Below are positions 1 through 9,523 of a stretch of DNA of 64,000 bases, piece by piece; the first letter of the stretch is position 1; the number at the start of each line of letters is the position of its first letter. Position numbers and translations under genes: made by a program. The stretch spans positions 2,499 through 66,498 of the forward strand of contig CALXPW010000002.1 in assembly GCA_944390365.1 (NCBI GenBank). Reading direction: 5' to 3'. The notes beneath the pieces are model-generated. The model was not told the DNA's origin, searched no databases, and saw nothing but the letters and a program-made list of their open reading frames with translations. This stretch comes from an uncultured Clostridia bacterium (GTDB lineage: Bacteria; Bacillota; Clostridia; TANB77; CAG-508).

Positions 1-286
1 CAAAAAAATCTACATCAGCATCTATTTGCTTTTTCTCGTTTTGAAAATACACATATCTTAACCATTTATATCCTTCATCTAGGATATAATATCTTCTGCT
101 TAATATTTTTTCACTTCTCCATCTACAGGTTGGATGTTTTTTTAGCATTACATATACTGCATATCTTAAGTCTTTATGTGTTATTTCTTTTCCGTTTTTA
201 GTTTTTATATTTAACATTTTAAATTTATTTAATATTTTTTTATAAGATAAAAATATTTTATCAAATTCATTCATTGCAATTCTCAT
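1..286 (-). CDS. hypothetical phage/mobile-element protein, N-terminal part (gene runs off the left edge)
   Basis: Own minus-strand reading: ATG at 286..284, then open to the window edge (MRIAMNEFDKIFLSYKKILNKF...YYILDEGYKWLRYVYFQNEKKQIDADVDFF). It is missing from the ORF track because it is truncated. No family recognised with confidence. Confidence 0.45.
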   Translation of the reverse strand, partial: MRIAMNEFDKIFLSYKKILNKFKMLNIKTKNGKEITHKDLRYAVYVMLKKHPTCRWRSEKILSRRYYILDEGYKWLRYVYFQNEKKQIDADVDFF

Positions 287-333
287 AATATCACTTTCTC
301 TCTTTCTATATTTTATTAAATTTATTATTTATA

Positions 334-476
334 TTTTCTGAAATAGCAAAAGCTATTTTCAGAAAATCAAGAGCAAATTTTTTGCTCCGAATATTGTAGG
401 TATTTTTTCCTGCCCAATATTCGCCAGCCTGGTGTCTTGACACCCTTTTTGCTGTTTAGGGCAATTTTGCCCTAAA
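334..476. other. cluster of five consecutive stem-loops in the non-coding gap beside the replication operon
   Basis: Inverted repeats read directly: 334-366 (14 bp stem, one bulge), 371-387 (GAGCAAA/TTTGCTC), 388-423 (CGAATATTG/CAATATTCG), 431-444 (GGTGTC/GACACC followed by CTTTTT), 455-476 (TTTAGGGCAA/TTGCCCTAAA). Confidence 0.6.
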
Positions 477-532
477 ACCTTATTAGCTCTCCGAGGGACA
501 TTTTTTATTTATTTTTGTATTTTATTTTAATA

Positions 533-582
533 AAAATTAGGACAGTTTAGTAAAAAATTTTATACCTACTTGTCCTAATTTT
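533..582. terminator. hairpin downstream of the DnaC-like gene (possible bidirectional terminator)
   Basis: 12-bp arms AAAATTAGGACA (533-544) / TGTCCTAATTTT (571-582) with a 26-nt loop. T-rich tracts flank it on both strands. It lies about 80 nt past the stop of the minus-strand 662..1531 gene. Confidence 0.45.
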
Positions 583-661
583 TTTGTAAATTTTTATTTA
601 CTTTTTTTAAAAAATAAATTATAATTTTTATAGAAAATATTTAAAAAAGTTATCTTTTTAG

Positions 662-1531
662 TTAGCAATTGCTACAGCAATTACTAACTTTTTTATTCTT
701 TATTCTATGGTCTCTACCTTCAATTTTTACTAAGTAACACATCTCATATAATCTTGAAATAATAGACTTTACTGTTTCTATCTCTCCATTTATACTTAGC
801 CTATTTATCAAAGATTTTTGATCATAATTTGTTGTTATAATTACTGGCAAATTATTTTCATATCTACTATTTATTATAGTAAATAATTTTTCTAATCCCC
901 ATTCACTTGGTTTTTCTTTTCCTAAATCATCTATTATTAGCAAATCGACTTTTTCATATAATTTTATAATTTTCATTTCTGAAATATTATTATATACATC
1001 ATAGGTATTTTTTAATTCTGCTAATAAATTAATGAGTGTTCCATATATGATAGGTATTCCGTTTTTAATTAATTCATTGGCAATACTACAGGCTAAATGT
1101 GTTTTTCCAACTCCATTATTTCCTACTAAAATTAATCCTTTTCTTTCTACTTCATTCACTAGTTTTTCACTATAATTTTTTAAACTCTGATACACTTTTT
1201 TATTATTTGAGTTCACCTCAAAGTTATCAAATTTATAGTTCAAATTTCTTTTGCTCATTTTGCTATTTTTTATTATTTTGTCTACCTTGTTAGCAAATTC
1301 CTGCATCTTTCGTAATTTTTTCTCTTCTTCAAACATTTGTAATTTTTTCATGTCATATTCATTCCAATACTTTTGTGCATCTTTGCAATTACATCTTTCA
1401 TAATCTAATTTCATTACTCGTTTAGTGCCATATAAATTCCAGTCTATTGTTTTTCTATATAGTTTATTTTTGCAATATTCGCACTCAATGTAATCATTTT
1501 TATCAATCGAGGGTTTCAAAATTTGATTCAT
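662..1531 (-). CDS. DnaC/IstB-like AAA+ ATPase (replicative helicase loader, phage type)
   Basis: Walker A GNNGVGKTHLA and Walker B DLLIIDDLG. N-terminal Cys-rich segment (CEYCKNK...CNC). Overlaps the upstream replisome-organizer gene by 29 nt, as expected for an operon. Confidence 0.85.
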   Translation of the reverse strand: MNQILKPSIDKNDYIECEYCKNKLYRKTIDWNLYGTKRVMKLDYERCNCKDAQKYWNEYDMKKLQMFEEEKKLRKMQEFANKVDKIIKNSKMSKRNLNYKFDNFEVNSNNKKVYQSLKNYSEKLVNEVERKGLILVGNNGVGKTHLACSIANELIKNGIPIIYGTLINLLAELKNTYDVYNNISEMKIIKLYEKVDLLIIDDLGKEKPSEWGLEKLFTIINSRYENNLPVIITTNYDQKSLINRLSINGEIETVKSIISRLYEMCYLVKIEGRDHRIKNKKVSNCCSNC

Positions 1532-1973
1532 CTATTCTCGTCTCCTTTCTATTCTCTTCTTTTCTTATCTTTTCTTGTGTAGAATTATAAAAACTTTTTT
1601 CATTTTTAGATTCTTCAAATACTTTATTTGATTTTGCAATTTTGTTTAGTTTTTCAATACTTTGATACTTGTTCCAATTTTTTATAAAGTATGTATTATC
1701 TTTATAAATTAGCATTCCTAAATCGATAAATTTTCTGAAAACTTTCGTAAAAGTTTTGGAAGATTTTCCGATAATATTCGTAAAATCTTCAATTTTAAAT
1801 GGTACATTATCACTAATATATAGCCCACCATTTCTGTTACATTCTCCAGCAATAGTTAAAATTTGAATCCATAATCTAAAATAAGTGTCCCCATCCTTTT
1901 CTTTTAGTAGAATTTTAATTTTTCTATTAGAGAATATATCGGTACTTAATTTTATCCATCCAACTTGTCCCAT
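1503..1973 (-). CDS. phage replisome organizer N-terminal domain protein
   Basis: N-terminus WIKLSTDIFSNRKIKILLKEKDGDTYFRLWIQILTIAGECNRNGGLY matches the characteristic replisome-organizer opening motif. It sits directly upstream of the DnaC-like gene. Confidence 0.7.
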   Translation of the reverse strand: MGQVGWIKLSTDIFSNRKIKILLKEKDGDTYFRLWIQILTIAGECNRNGGLYISDNVPFKIEDFTNIIGKSSKTFTKVFRKFIDLGMLIYKDNTYFIKNWNKYQSIEKLNKIAKSNKVFEESKNEKSFYNSTQEKIRKEENRKETRIDESNFETLD

Positions 1974-1987
1974 GACCTCCCTTCTTT

Positions 1988-2203
1988 CTAATCAGATTCT
2001 AATAATGAATCATTTTCTTTTTTGCTCAGATAAATATCTAGAGCTTCTTTTCTAAATAAGATTCTCTTTCCAACTCTAGAACAAGGAATTTGTTTTCTTC
2101 TAACTAATTGAGTTATTAACCAATATGATATTCCTAAATATTCTGCTGCTTCTTTTGCTGTTAGAGTTGTTTTATGTATTTTATCTAATGCCATGCTTAT
2201 CAC
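1988..2203 (-). CDS. excisionase/MerR-type helix-turn-helix DNA-binding protein
   Basis: 71 aa. LTAKEAAEYLGISYWLITQLVRRKQIPCSRVGKRILFRKEALDIYL is the typical Xis-family HTH pattern. First gene of the minus-strand replication operon. Confidence 0.75.
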   Translation of the reverse strand: MISMALDKIHKTTLTAKEAAEYLGISYWLITQLVRRKQIPCSRVGKRILFRKEALDIYLSKKENDSLLESD

Positions 2204-2242
2204 CTCCTATTCACATTAGTTAAATAAATTTAATGTTTTGTA

Positions 2243-2271
2243 TTGACAATTTTTATTTAACTATGTATAAT
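2243..2271 (+). promoter_or_regulatory. consensus sigma-A type promoter for the 2398..3609 operon
   Basis: TTGACA (2243-2248), a 17-nt spacer, then TATAAT (2266-2271). The palindrome CTTGTTAACAAG (2272-2283) follows immediately. Confidence 0.55.
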
Positions 2272-2397
2272 CTTGTTAACAAGCTTGTTGCTTGCATTTT
2301 AATTGTTAATTTTGTAAAAGTCAATATTTTAAATGCATATATGATATAAATTAGCAACTTTTATAATACTTTTTCAATTGTTAACAAGGAGGTTCTT

Positions 2398-3609
2398 ATG
2401 AAGTTTGATATTGTCTCTACAATTTACTATATGAAATTACACATCGCTAATGACAGAGAAATTTTTACAAGAGATTCTTTTTCTACTGTAAACGCATCAT
2501 ACGATAAAATCAATAACGCATACACAATACTTAAGGAAAGAAATGGATTTAAAACTAAAAAAGAATACAATAAATATCTTTCTACTTATTCTAGCAGTAT
2601 ATGCAAATTATATAAATCTGATTTTGTTAGCGAAGCAAATGAATTAGGAACTCTTTTATTAAAATTTGTGAATTATGATTTTACTGATTTTAATTGTTTT
2701 GTAGAGTTTGTACGTGAATATGGGATACCCGGAATAGACTTTTATGATGTTAACAAAGGACCTAGCAACCCATTTAATAAATATATCAATTTAAATATTA
2801 CGAATGACAAAAAAAATATTTTTTTAACTGAAAATGATTTTATTGTAGTCTGCAAAAAAATTTTTGAAAAACGAAAGAAAATTCTAATAAAATATCAATC
2901 TGAATTTAAGAAATTAATTAATTTTACAAATAACCTATCAAATTTAGACTATTTGAGTGATTTTTCTATTGCTGATAGATTTTATATATATAAATATGCA
3001 AATGATGATTATATGGATATGTCACTAGAATTAAGTATTTTTATTACTCTTTTGTATGATATAGAACCCCTAAAGGATTTTAATCCTCATTTATTTTATC
3101 ACGTTAAAAGTAGTTTTGAAGAAAATGCAAAAACTATTGCGGAAAAGCTAAAAAGTTCTCATCCAAAATACGATAATGACCTTTTTCTATCTTTCTGCTT
3201 TAATTGTCATACAATCGAATCTGCTTGCTTTATAACTCTTTTAGAGTTAATAAAAAATGATACACCTATATATGTATGTAAAAATTGTGGTAAATATTTT
3301 ATTCCTTCTTCAAAAAAGAATACACTATATTGTGACAACATATATGAACATAACAAGACTTGCCAAGAAATTGGTGCAATGATAACTTATAATGAAAAAT
3401 TAAAGAAAGATGAAGTAAATGCATTATATAGGAAAACCTTATCAGCCAAAAAGATGTTAGCAAATAGAAATCCTGATATTCCAATATATTTAGAGAAATA
3501 TGAAAAATGGAAAAAAGAAGCTAATAAGTTCAAAGATGATATAAAACAAGGTTTGAAAACACAAGAAGATTTTAAGAATTGGATAGAAGAAACTAGAAAA
3601 AAATACTAA
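2398..3609 (+). CDS. mobile-element protein with C-terminal Cys4 zinc-ribbon-like motif (possibly DUF6076-like); paralog of 11952..13178
   Basis: RBS AAGGAGG lies 7 nt upstream of the ATG. C-terminal CKNCGKYFIPSSKKNTLYCDNIYEHNKTCQEIGAM aligns with CENCHQYFIPVNRKDEIYCNRPIKGTEKTCKDAGAM in the other copy. The family name is from memory only. Confidence 0.6.
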   Translation: MKFDIVSTIYYMKLHIANDREIFTRDSFSTVNASYDKINNAYTILKERNGFKTKKEYNKYLSTYSSSICKLYKSDFVSEANELGTLLLKFVNYDFTDFNCFVEFVREYGIPGIDFYDVNKGPSNPFNKYINLNITNDKKNIFLTENDFIVVCKKIFEKRKKILIKYQSEFKKLINFTNNLSNLDYLSDFSIADRFYIYKYANDDYMDMSLELSIFITLLYDIEPLKDFNPHLFYHVKSSFEENAKTIAEKLKSSHPKYDNDLFLSFCFNCHTIESACFITLLELIKNDTPIYVCKNCGKYFIPSSKKNTLYCDNIYEHNKTCQEIGAMITYNEKLKKDEVNALYRKTLSAKKMLANRNPDIPIYLEKYEKWKKEANKFKDDIKQGLKTQEDFKNWIEETRKKY

Positions 3610-3655
3610 ATTTACATATATTAATTAAAACTATAAATTTAGGAGGTTAGATACA

Positions 3656-4162
3656 ATGCAAACCTTATACATAATAACAGGTCCAGCTGGAGTCGGTAAA
3701 AGTACCATTTCTCAAGGATTAGCTAAAAGAAGTCAAAAATCCGCATTAATTGAAGGAGACAATATATATCATCAAGTTATTGGTGGATATGCACAAGCTT
3801 GGAAACCTGAAAATCATTTAAAAACTTTTTGGAAAATATGCATAAATACAATTAAAATATATTTAGAGGATGGGTTTGATGTCGTATTTAATTACATAAT
3901 CTCTCCTAAAAATATTGAGTTAATAAAATCTTCAATTCAAAATTATAATATTAAAGTTGTCATTTTATTAACTGACGAATCCACTCTATTATCTAGAGAT
4001 AAACAAAGACCTATAAATTGTCAAATGAATGAACGTTGTCTAACTTTATTAAATAATTTCAAGAATAGAAATTATAATCCAAAAAATATATTAGATACAT
4101 CTAATCTATCAATTGATGAAACTTTAAATATTATAGAAAATGAAAATAGATTTATTTTATAG
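3656..4162 (+). CDS. P-loop kinase-like protein (AAA_33 / zeta-like small kinase fold)
   Basis: RBS AGGAGG. Walker A GPAGVGKST at residues 9-17. Size of 168 aa is typical of small nucleotide or antibiotic kinases. Substrate unknown. Confidence 0.65.
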   Translation: MQTLYIITGPAGVGKSTISQGLAKRSQKSALIEGDNIYHQVIGGYAQAWKPENHLKTFWKICINTIKIYLEDGFDVVFNYIISPKNIELIKSSIQNYNIKVVILLTDESTLLSRDKQRPINCQMNERCLTLLNNFKNRNYNPKNILDTSNLSIDETLNIIENENRFIL

Positions 4163-4171
4163 GAGGTGTCA

Positions 4172-4586
4172 TATGAACATACAGTTAGATTACTCTTTTT
4201 CTATTAATGAATTTCTAGAAATGGTCGAATCCGTTGGTTGGAAAACATATTCTGAGCTACAAGTTGAAAAAGCCTTGAAAAATACTATGTATATGGTAAA
4301 AGCTACTGTTGACGGAAAACTAGCCGGCATAGGTAGAGTAGTTGGCGATTATAGCATTGTTTGTGTTTTAACAGATATCTGTGTAAAACCCGAATTTCAA
4401 GGACATGGAATCGGCTTAAAAATTACAAATGAATTAAAAAGATTAATTGAAACAAATGTAAGTGAAGGAGAAAAAATGCAAATAGAATTAACTCCTACTG
4501 CTGGTAATGAAGCTTTTTATGAAAAAGCTGGTTTTAAATATAAGCCAGACAAAATTACTGGTATGTATTTATGGATAAAAAAATAA
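4172..4586 (+). CDS. GNAT family N-acetyltransferase
   Basis: I moved the start to the ATG at 4172 (RBS AGGAGG at 4161-4166). Acetyl-CoA motif CVKPEFQGHGIGLKI is present, and the C-terminus is FYEKAGFKY. Confidence 0.85.
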
Positions 4587-4638
4587 ATTTATATAAAATC
4601 CTTGCCATAGTTATACTTGAAAGGAGGTGAAAAAAGTA

Positions 4639-5812
4639 ATGGCAGGGTATCTTGAAAAGAGAGGCAAAAACTCATGGAGATTAATTGTATCACATGGCTT
4701 TGACAGTTATGGAAATAGGATTAAGTACACCAAAAGCATCAAATCAAATAGTAGACGTGAGGCAGATAAAGAACTTGTAAATTTTGTTTATGAAATTGAA
4801 AACGGTATTGTTTTACAAAACTCTTCAATGACATTTAAAGAATTTACAGATTTATGGTCTAAAAATTACGGTTCAAAAGAATTAGCTCCAAAAACTTATG
4901 AAAGATATAAAGGAATGTTAAACACTAGAATTATTCCCTACTTTGGACATTTTAAATTGTCTAATATAAAACCAACTCACATTATGAATTTCTATGATTA
5001 TCTTTCAAAAGATCATCAGTTAAAAAGATGTAAAAATAATAATGGAAAAACCGTAATGAAAAGTCTATCATCTAAAACAATACTTGAGCATCACCGTTTA
5101 CTACATGCTATGTTGCAAAATGCAGTATATTGGCAAATAATAACTTATAATCCAGCAGATAGAGTCAAACCACCTAAACACCAAAGACCTCAAATCAAAT
5201 ATTATGATGACATTCAATGTAAGCAATTATTAGAAGCTTTAGAGAATGAAGAAATTAAATTTCAAACTATTGTTATATTAACATTGTTTACTGGTATGCG
5301 TAGAGGCGAAGTATTGGGCTTAGAATGGTCAGATATTGATTTTGATAATGGTTTTGTACATATTACTAACTAGTCAATATACATCTGAAAAAGGCATTTT
5401 CGTAAAAAATCCTAAAACTCAAAGTTCAATTAGAGAAGTTGGAATTCCTGATATAGTTATCAATATGCTTAAAAAATATAAAACTTGGTATGATGCTGAA
5501 AAAGAAAAATGTGGTAGCTTATGGATTAACTCAAATAGACTATTTGTCACTTGGAATGGAAGTCCAATGCATCCTGATACAGTTACAGATTGGTTTCGTT
5601 CTTTTATTAAAAAGAACAATTTGCCAAAGATTACTTTCCATGGTCTTAGGCACACAAATGCTACTTTGCTTATATCTCAAAATGTAGATGTAGCTGTTGT
5701 AGCATCAAGATTAGGGCATGCTCAAATAACTACTACCTTAAACTTCTATGTGCATCCAATAGAAGCTCATAATAAAGAAGCAGGTAATGTTCTAGAGAAA
5801 ATGCTCATATAA
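4639..5812 (+). pseudogene. tyrosine-type site-specific integrase, interrupted by a frameshift near 5370
   Basis: Two track ORFs (4627..5373 and 5336..5812) lie in different frames and join as ...DIDFDNGFVHITN*/SQYTSEKGIFVKNPKT.... Catalytic signatures TGMRRGE, HGLRHT and GHAQITTTLNFYVH are split across the two pieces. The likely start is ATG 4639 (MAGYLEKRGKNSWRL) after AGGAGG. Confidence 0.8.
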
Positions 5813-6234
5813 ATCATTATAGAATATATAATTTTATAATGATTTTACCAATAAAAACTCTTTTCAAAATTCTCAAAAATTACTTTTTTGATTTTTAAGT
5901 TTTATATAAATTAGCAATGGTTAAATATGCTATTTATTGCATAAAAATGTAGGGACTGTCCCCAAATTGTCCCCACTTTTAGAATTTATATTAAATTTTA
6001 TTCAAATCAAATTACTTTTAATCCATTGATACTGTAAGATTACGTTGTTTTAGCATGTTACTTATTTACAGTAGATTTCAACGGGTTATGAGTAAATGGA
6101 ATGCATTTTTCGTTTTTTCTATTATGTTTTAAAGAGCGCTATTCTGTATAGTTACAGCATAACACTCTTTTATTATCTACTAATAATTCTATTATTTTTT
6201 AGGTTGGTAGGGGTATTTTTAGGGGTAAAACTTC

Positions 6235-6666
6235 TTATTCCTCATATTCGATATTATTTTTCTGACACCATTCTATTGCCATATTTTTTAGATACTCTTC
6301 TCTAAAATTATAGTAATCATTTTCTATTCTAAATTTCCTTAATGTTTCTTTAAATCTCCTATATTTTCCTTTGCCATAAAATGCATCCTCTAATTCTTCT
6401 TGTATATTTTCATTTTTTATTTCATCAATATATTCTTCTACCAATTCTGAATCATGAAATACATATGAACTTGGTAAATAATAATATCTTTCTTCTTCGT
6501 CTTCTTCTATTTTATCAGTTAATTCTTCATATTCTTGCATTGACATCATATTAAGATCTATAAAAATAAAATCATTTTTCTTTTTATCATATACAATATA
6601 CTCATAATTCTGTATTTCATCAAACATATCAACTAATTCATCTAATTTAAGTTTCATGTTTTTCAC
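6235..6666 (-). CDS. UPF0158 family protein
   Basis: 143 aa and acidic. C-terminal AFYGKGKYRRFKETLRKFRIENDYYNFREEYLKNMAIEWCQKNNI matches the UPF0158 signature (G-x-G-x-F-R-R-F-K ... W). It starts 7 nt after the upstream helicase fragment ends. Confidence 0.6.
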   Translation of the reverse strand: MKNMKLKLDELVDMFDEIQNYEYIVYDKKKNDFIFIDLNMMSMQEYEELTDKIEEDEEERYYYLPSSYVFHDSELVEEYIDEIKNENIQEELEDAFYGKGKYRRFKETLRKFRIENDYYNFREEYLKNMAIEWCQKNNIEYEE

Positions 6667-6673
6667 TCCCTTC

Positions 6674-9063
6674 TTATTCTATAATCTCATATCCTGCAAT
6701 TTTATATCCTTTTAATCTTCTATTATACATCTTTTCTAGAACTTTCATATTATCTAAATAATCATACACTATTACTTTCTCTTTATCTTCATGCTCTCTA
6801 TGCAATCTTCCTACGTATTGTATAATTCTTCCTTTCCATGAAACTGGCATAGTTAGAAATAATGTATCTAATCTACTATCATCAAATCCCTCTCCTATTG
6901 AACTACTTGTTGCTAATATTATCCTTGGTTTATTGTTTTTATCTGCTTCATCTATGACATCTTGAATTTCTTTAGTTTTCTTTTTTCCCATATTCCCCTT
7001 ATACGCCACCACTGGTACATTTAAATTTTCTAAATTTTCCTTCAAAACTTTTAAATGTTCTACTCTTTCAGTTAATACTATAGAACTCTACCTTCTAAAA
7101 TGCATTTATTTATATCTTCTATTATCATACTATTTCTAAAAATATTATGGCACATATCGTTAAGGATTTCTGAAATTTGTATTTTATCTTTTTCTTCAGT
7201 TGGAATGTATTTATAATTAGTCTTTTTTACAATTACTGTATGTTCCATTTCTTTATTCTGTTTTAATTCGCGATGGCTTACCCTAACTCTTATATCGCCA
7301 CACTGCATATATATTATTTTATGCCATCCATCTTTCCTTGTTGGTGTTGCAGTTAAACCATATACATGTTTACTTCTTACAGCTTTTAATACTTTTTCGA
7401 AGCTATATGCAGCAGCATGATGACATTCATCTACAATAACTAATCCATAATCTTTAACTAATTCTTCCAAATTATCTTTTTTAAATAAAGATTGAAAACT
7501 TGCAACATCTAATTTTCCATTTGGTTTTTCTTTACCGCTACCAATTTGTCCTATTTCTTTTTTATTTATATTTAAAAAATATGATAACCTTTCTTTCCAT
7601 TGTTCTAACAGATTATTTCTATTAACTATAACTAATGTATTAGTTTTTAATTCTGAAATAATTTTAGCTCCCACTACTGTTTTTCCAAATCCTGTTGTAG
7701 CACATAATACTCCTACATCATGTTTTAGTAATTCTTTCATTGCTTTTTCTTGCTTATTATTTAACTTTCCATCAAACTTGTAGTCTGTTCTAATTCCATT
7801 TTCTCTTGTATCTTTTATTATTAAATTGACATTGCTTTTTTTACATATTTCTGAAACTTTATCTATACAACCTCTTGGCAATTTCAAGAATCTTTCATCA
7901 TTTTCAAAACAGCTTATTATTCTAGGTGTTGTTTTATAAAATATTGGCATTCTTAATTTTTGTAATTCATAAAATTTCGGATTAGTGAAACTGGCTAATC
8001 TTTTTAAATAAGTTATTTCATTTGGTAGTAATTTTAATTTTTTAATATATATTTGATTATCAAATATGCACTCCACATTGTTTGTAAATATAGTATCTTT
8101 AATATTTTCCTTTTTAGGTATTTCATCATCATCTAAGATTTCTTCTATTTCAGGTTCTTTATAATCATCTTCTTTGTATTTATCAATAAATGCATATATT
8201 TCATTGCTTTTCATTCTTTTTATATTGTTTAAAATGTTTATTTGATTTTTCTCTACTTCAAAATATTTATCTACAAAAACTGTATTTCCACTTTTACTGC
8301 TTTCACCTTGAAATGGTAAAGCTATTAAATTTCCAAATCCGCCTTTTGGCATTGTATCTTGGTTTGGAAATAATCTATCATATGAATCCAAGTCCAAAGA
8401 TGCTTTTTCCATTGTCTTAGTTAATAGTATATTACCCATTTTTCTAGCAATTCTAGCTGGTATACTTTCCTCAAAAAATATCCAAATATGTGCTCCATTT
8501 CCTGAACGAGATTTTTCTACATATATTGGTATATCTAATTCATCACATATATTCCAAAATGCAGCTACATCTTTTTCGAAAGTTTTCTTATCAAAATCTA
8601 TTGCTAAAAAATTACATAAATCTCCTGGTAATAATGGATATATTCCTATTGTAATCTCACCCTTTAAATGCTTTAAGATTATATCCTCTGTTAATGGTGT
8701 TAGTTCTCTAAAAGGACATTCATTACATTTTACTCTTGGCTTATCACATTTATATGTACTAAATTCATTCTTACAAACTGGTGAATATCCTGATTTTCCA
8801 GTTTTATTACTTGTCCATCTTTTTGCATATAAATCAGTTCTTCCCTTAAATACTTCCATAAAGATTTTTACTTTTTCTTCATTAGAAATAACTTTTTCTT
8901 CTTTTTCTTCTATTTTTCCATATAGCTTCTCTTTTAATTCATTATTTTCTTTTTCTAATTTTTGTATTATTTGTATCAATTCTTTTTTATCTAAATCCTC
9001 TAACAAAGCTATCTCACTCCTTTTTAATATCTCTATTTTATCATATTTTTGAATTTTAATCAA
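6674..9063 (-). pseudogene. archaeo-eukaryotic primase (AEP)-like domain fused to an SF2 DEAD/DEAH helicase, frameshifted at about 7085-7090
   Basis: AEP motifs FLAIDFD and SRSGNGAHIWIFF. Helicase motif I TTGFGKT and motif II VDECHH. The helicase C-terminal domain (ATSSSIGEGFD, QYVGRLHR) lies in the separate ORF 6674..7045. Own reading: ...ILEGRVL* in one frame against SSIVLTERVEHLKVLKENLENL in the next, so a single nucleotide separates them. Confidence 0.75.
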
Positions 9064-9181
9064 ATTATGTAAATTGTGTTGAATTATTTTATTTTCTGTG
9101 CTATATTAATTATATTATTTTCATATATTTTTTCTTTAATCTTCCCCACAAAAAAATTTCATAGGAGGTGACTTTATAGTT

Positions 9182-9523
9182 TTGAATTTATTTGAACCAA
9201 TTATAAATAGCTTAGATAATGCTATTCATAAAAGTAATTTAAAAGATTCTTTTATAGATGATTTTATTCATGATTTACAAAGATATATGCTAAGGCAAAA
9301 TTTGGATTATGATTATAGTAAATTACCTAAAAGTACTATATTTGAAGTTGATTATATTGAAGATGGTTTTGCTTCTTGTTTAGACACTTCTCAAAAACAT
9401 TCAGAAAAATATTGCATTCCTTCAGAACTTCTTGACGAATCTGCCAAAAAAGCTGATTATATTCAATTTGATGGTACTAAATATACTGCCGTTTCTAATC
9501 CTTATCAAAAAGATTCTAACTAA
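9182..9523 (+). CDS. hypothetical protein (TTG start)
   Basis: 113-aa ORF preceded by AGGAGGTG about 10 nt upstream of the TTG. No recognisable motif. The 3' end overlaps the convergent MBL gene by 8 nt. Confidence 0.4.
   Translation: MNLFEPIINSLDNAIHKSNLKDSFIDDFIHDLQRYMLRQNLDYDYSKLPKSTIFEVDYIEDGFASCLDTSQKHSEKYCIPSELLDESAKKADYIQFDGTKYTAVSNPYQKDSN

Noticed and set aside
5921-5988. Minus-strand reading ILKVGTIWGQSLHFYAINSIFNHC*, reminiscent of G-x-x-W-G-Q tails seen at some phage integrase C-termini
   Set aside because: Only 24 codons are open, with a stop immediately upstream and no further integrase-like sequence. The resemblance is too short to call a remnant.
6096-6305. 69-aa plus-strand ORF
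   Set aside because: It is hydrophobic low-complexity translation of AT-rich spacer running antisense into the UPF0158 gene, with no RBS. It does contain the TGGTAGGGGTATTTT motif discussed in the findings.
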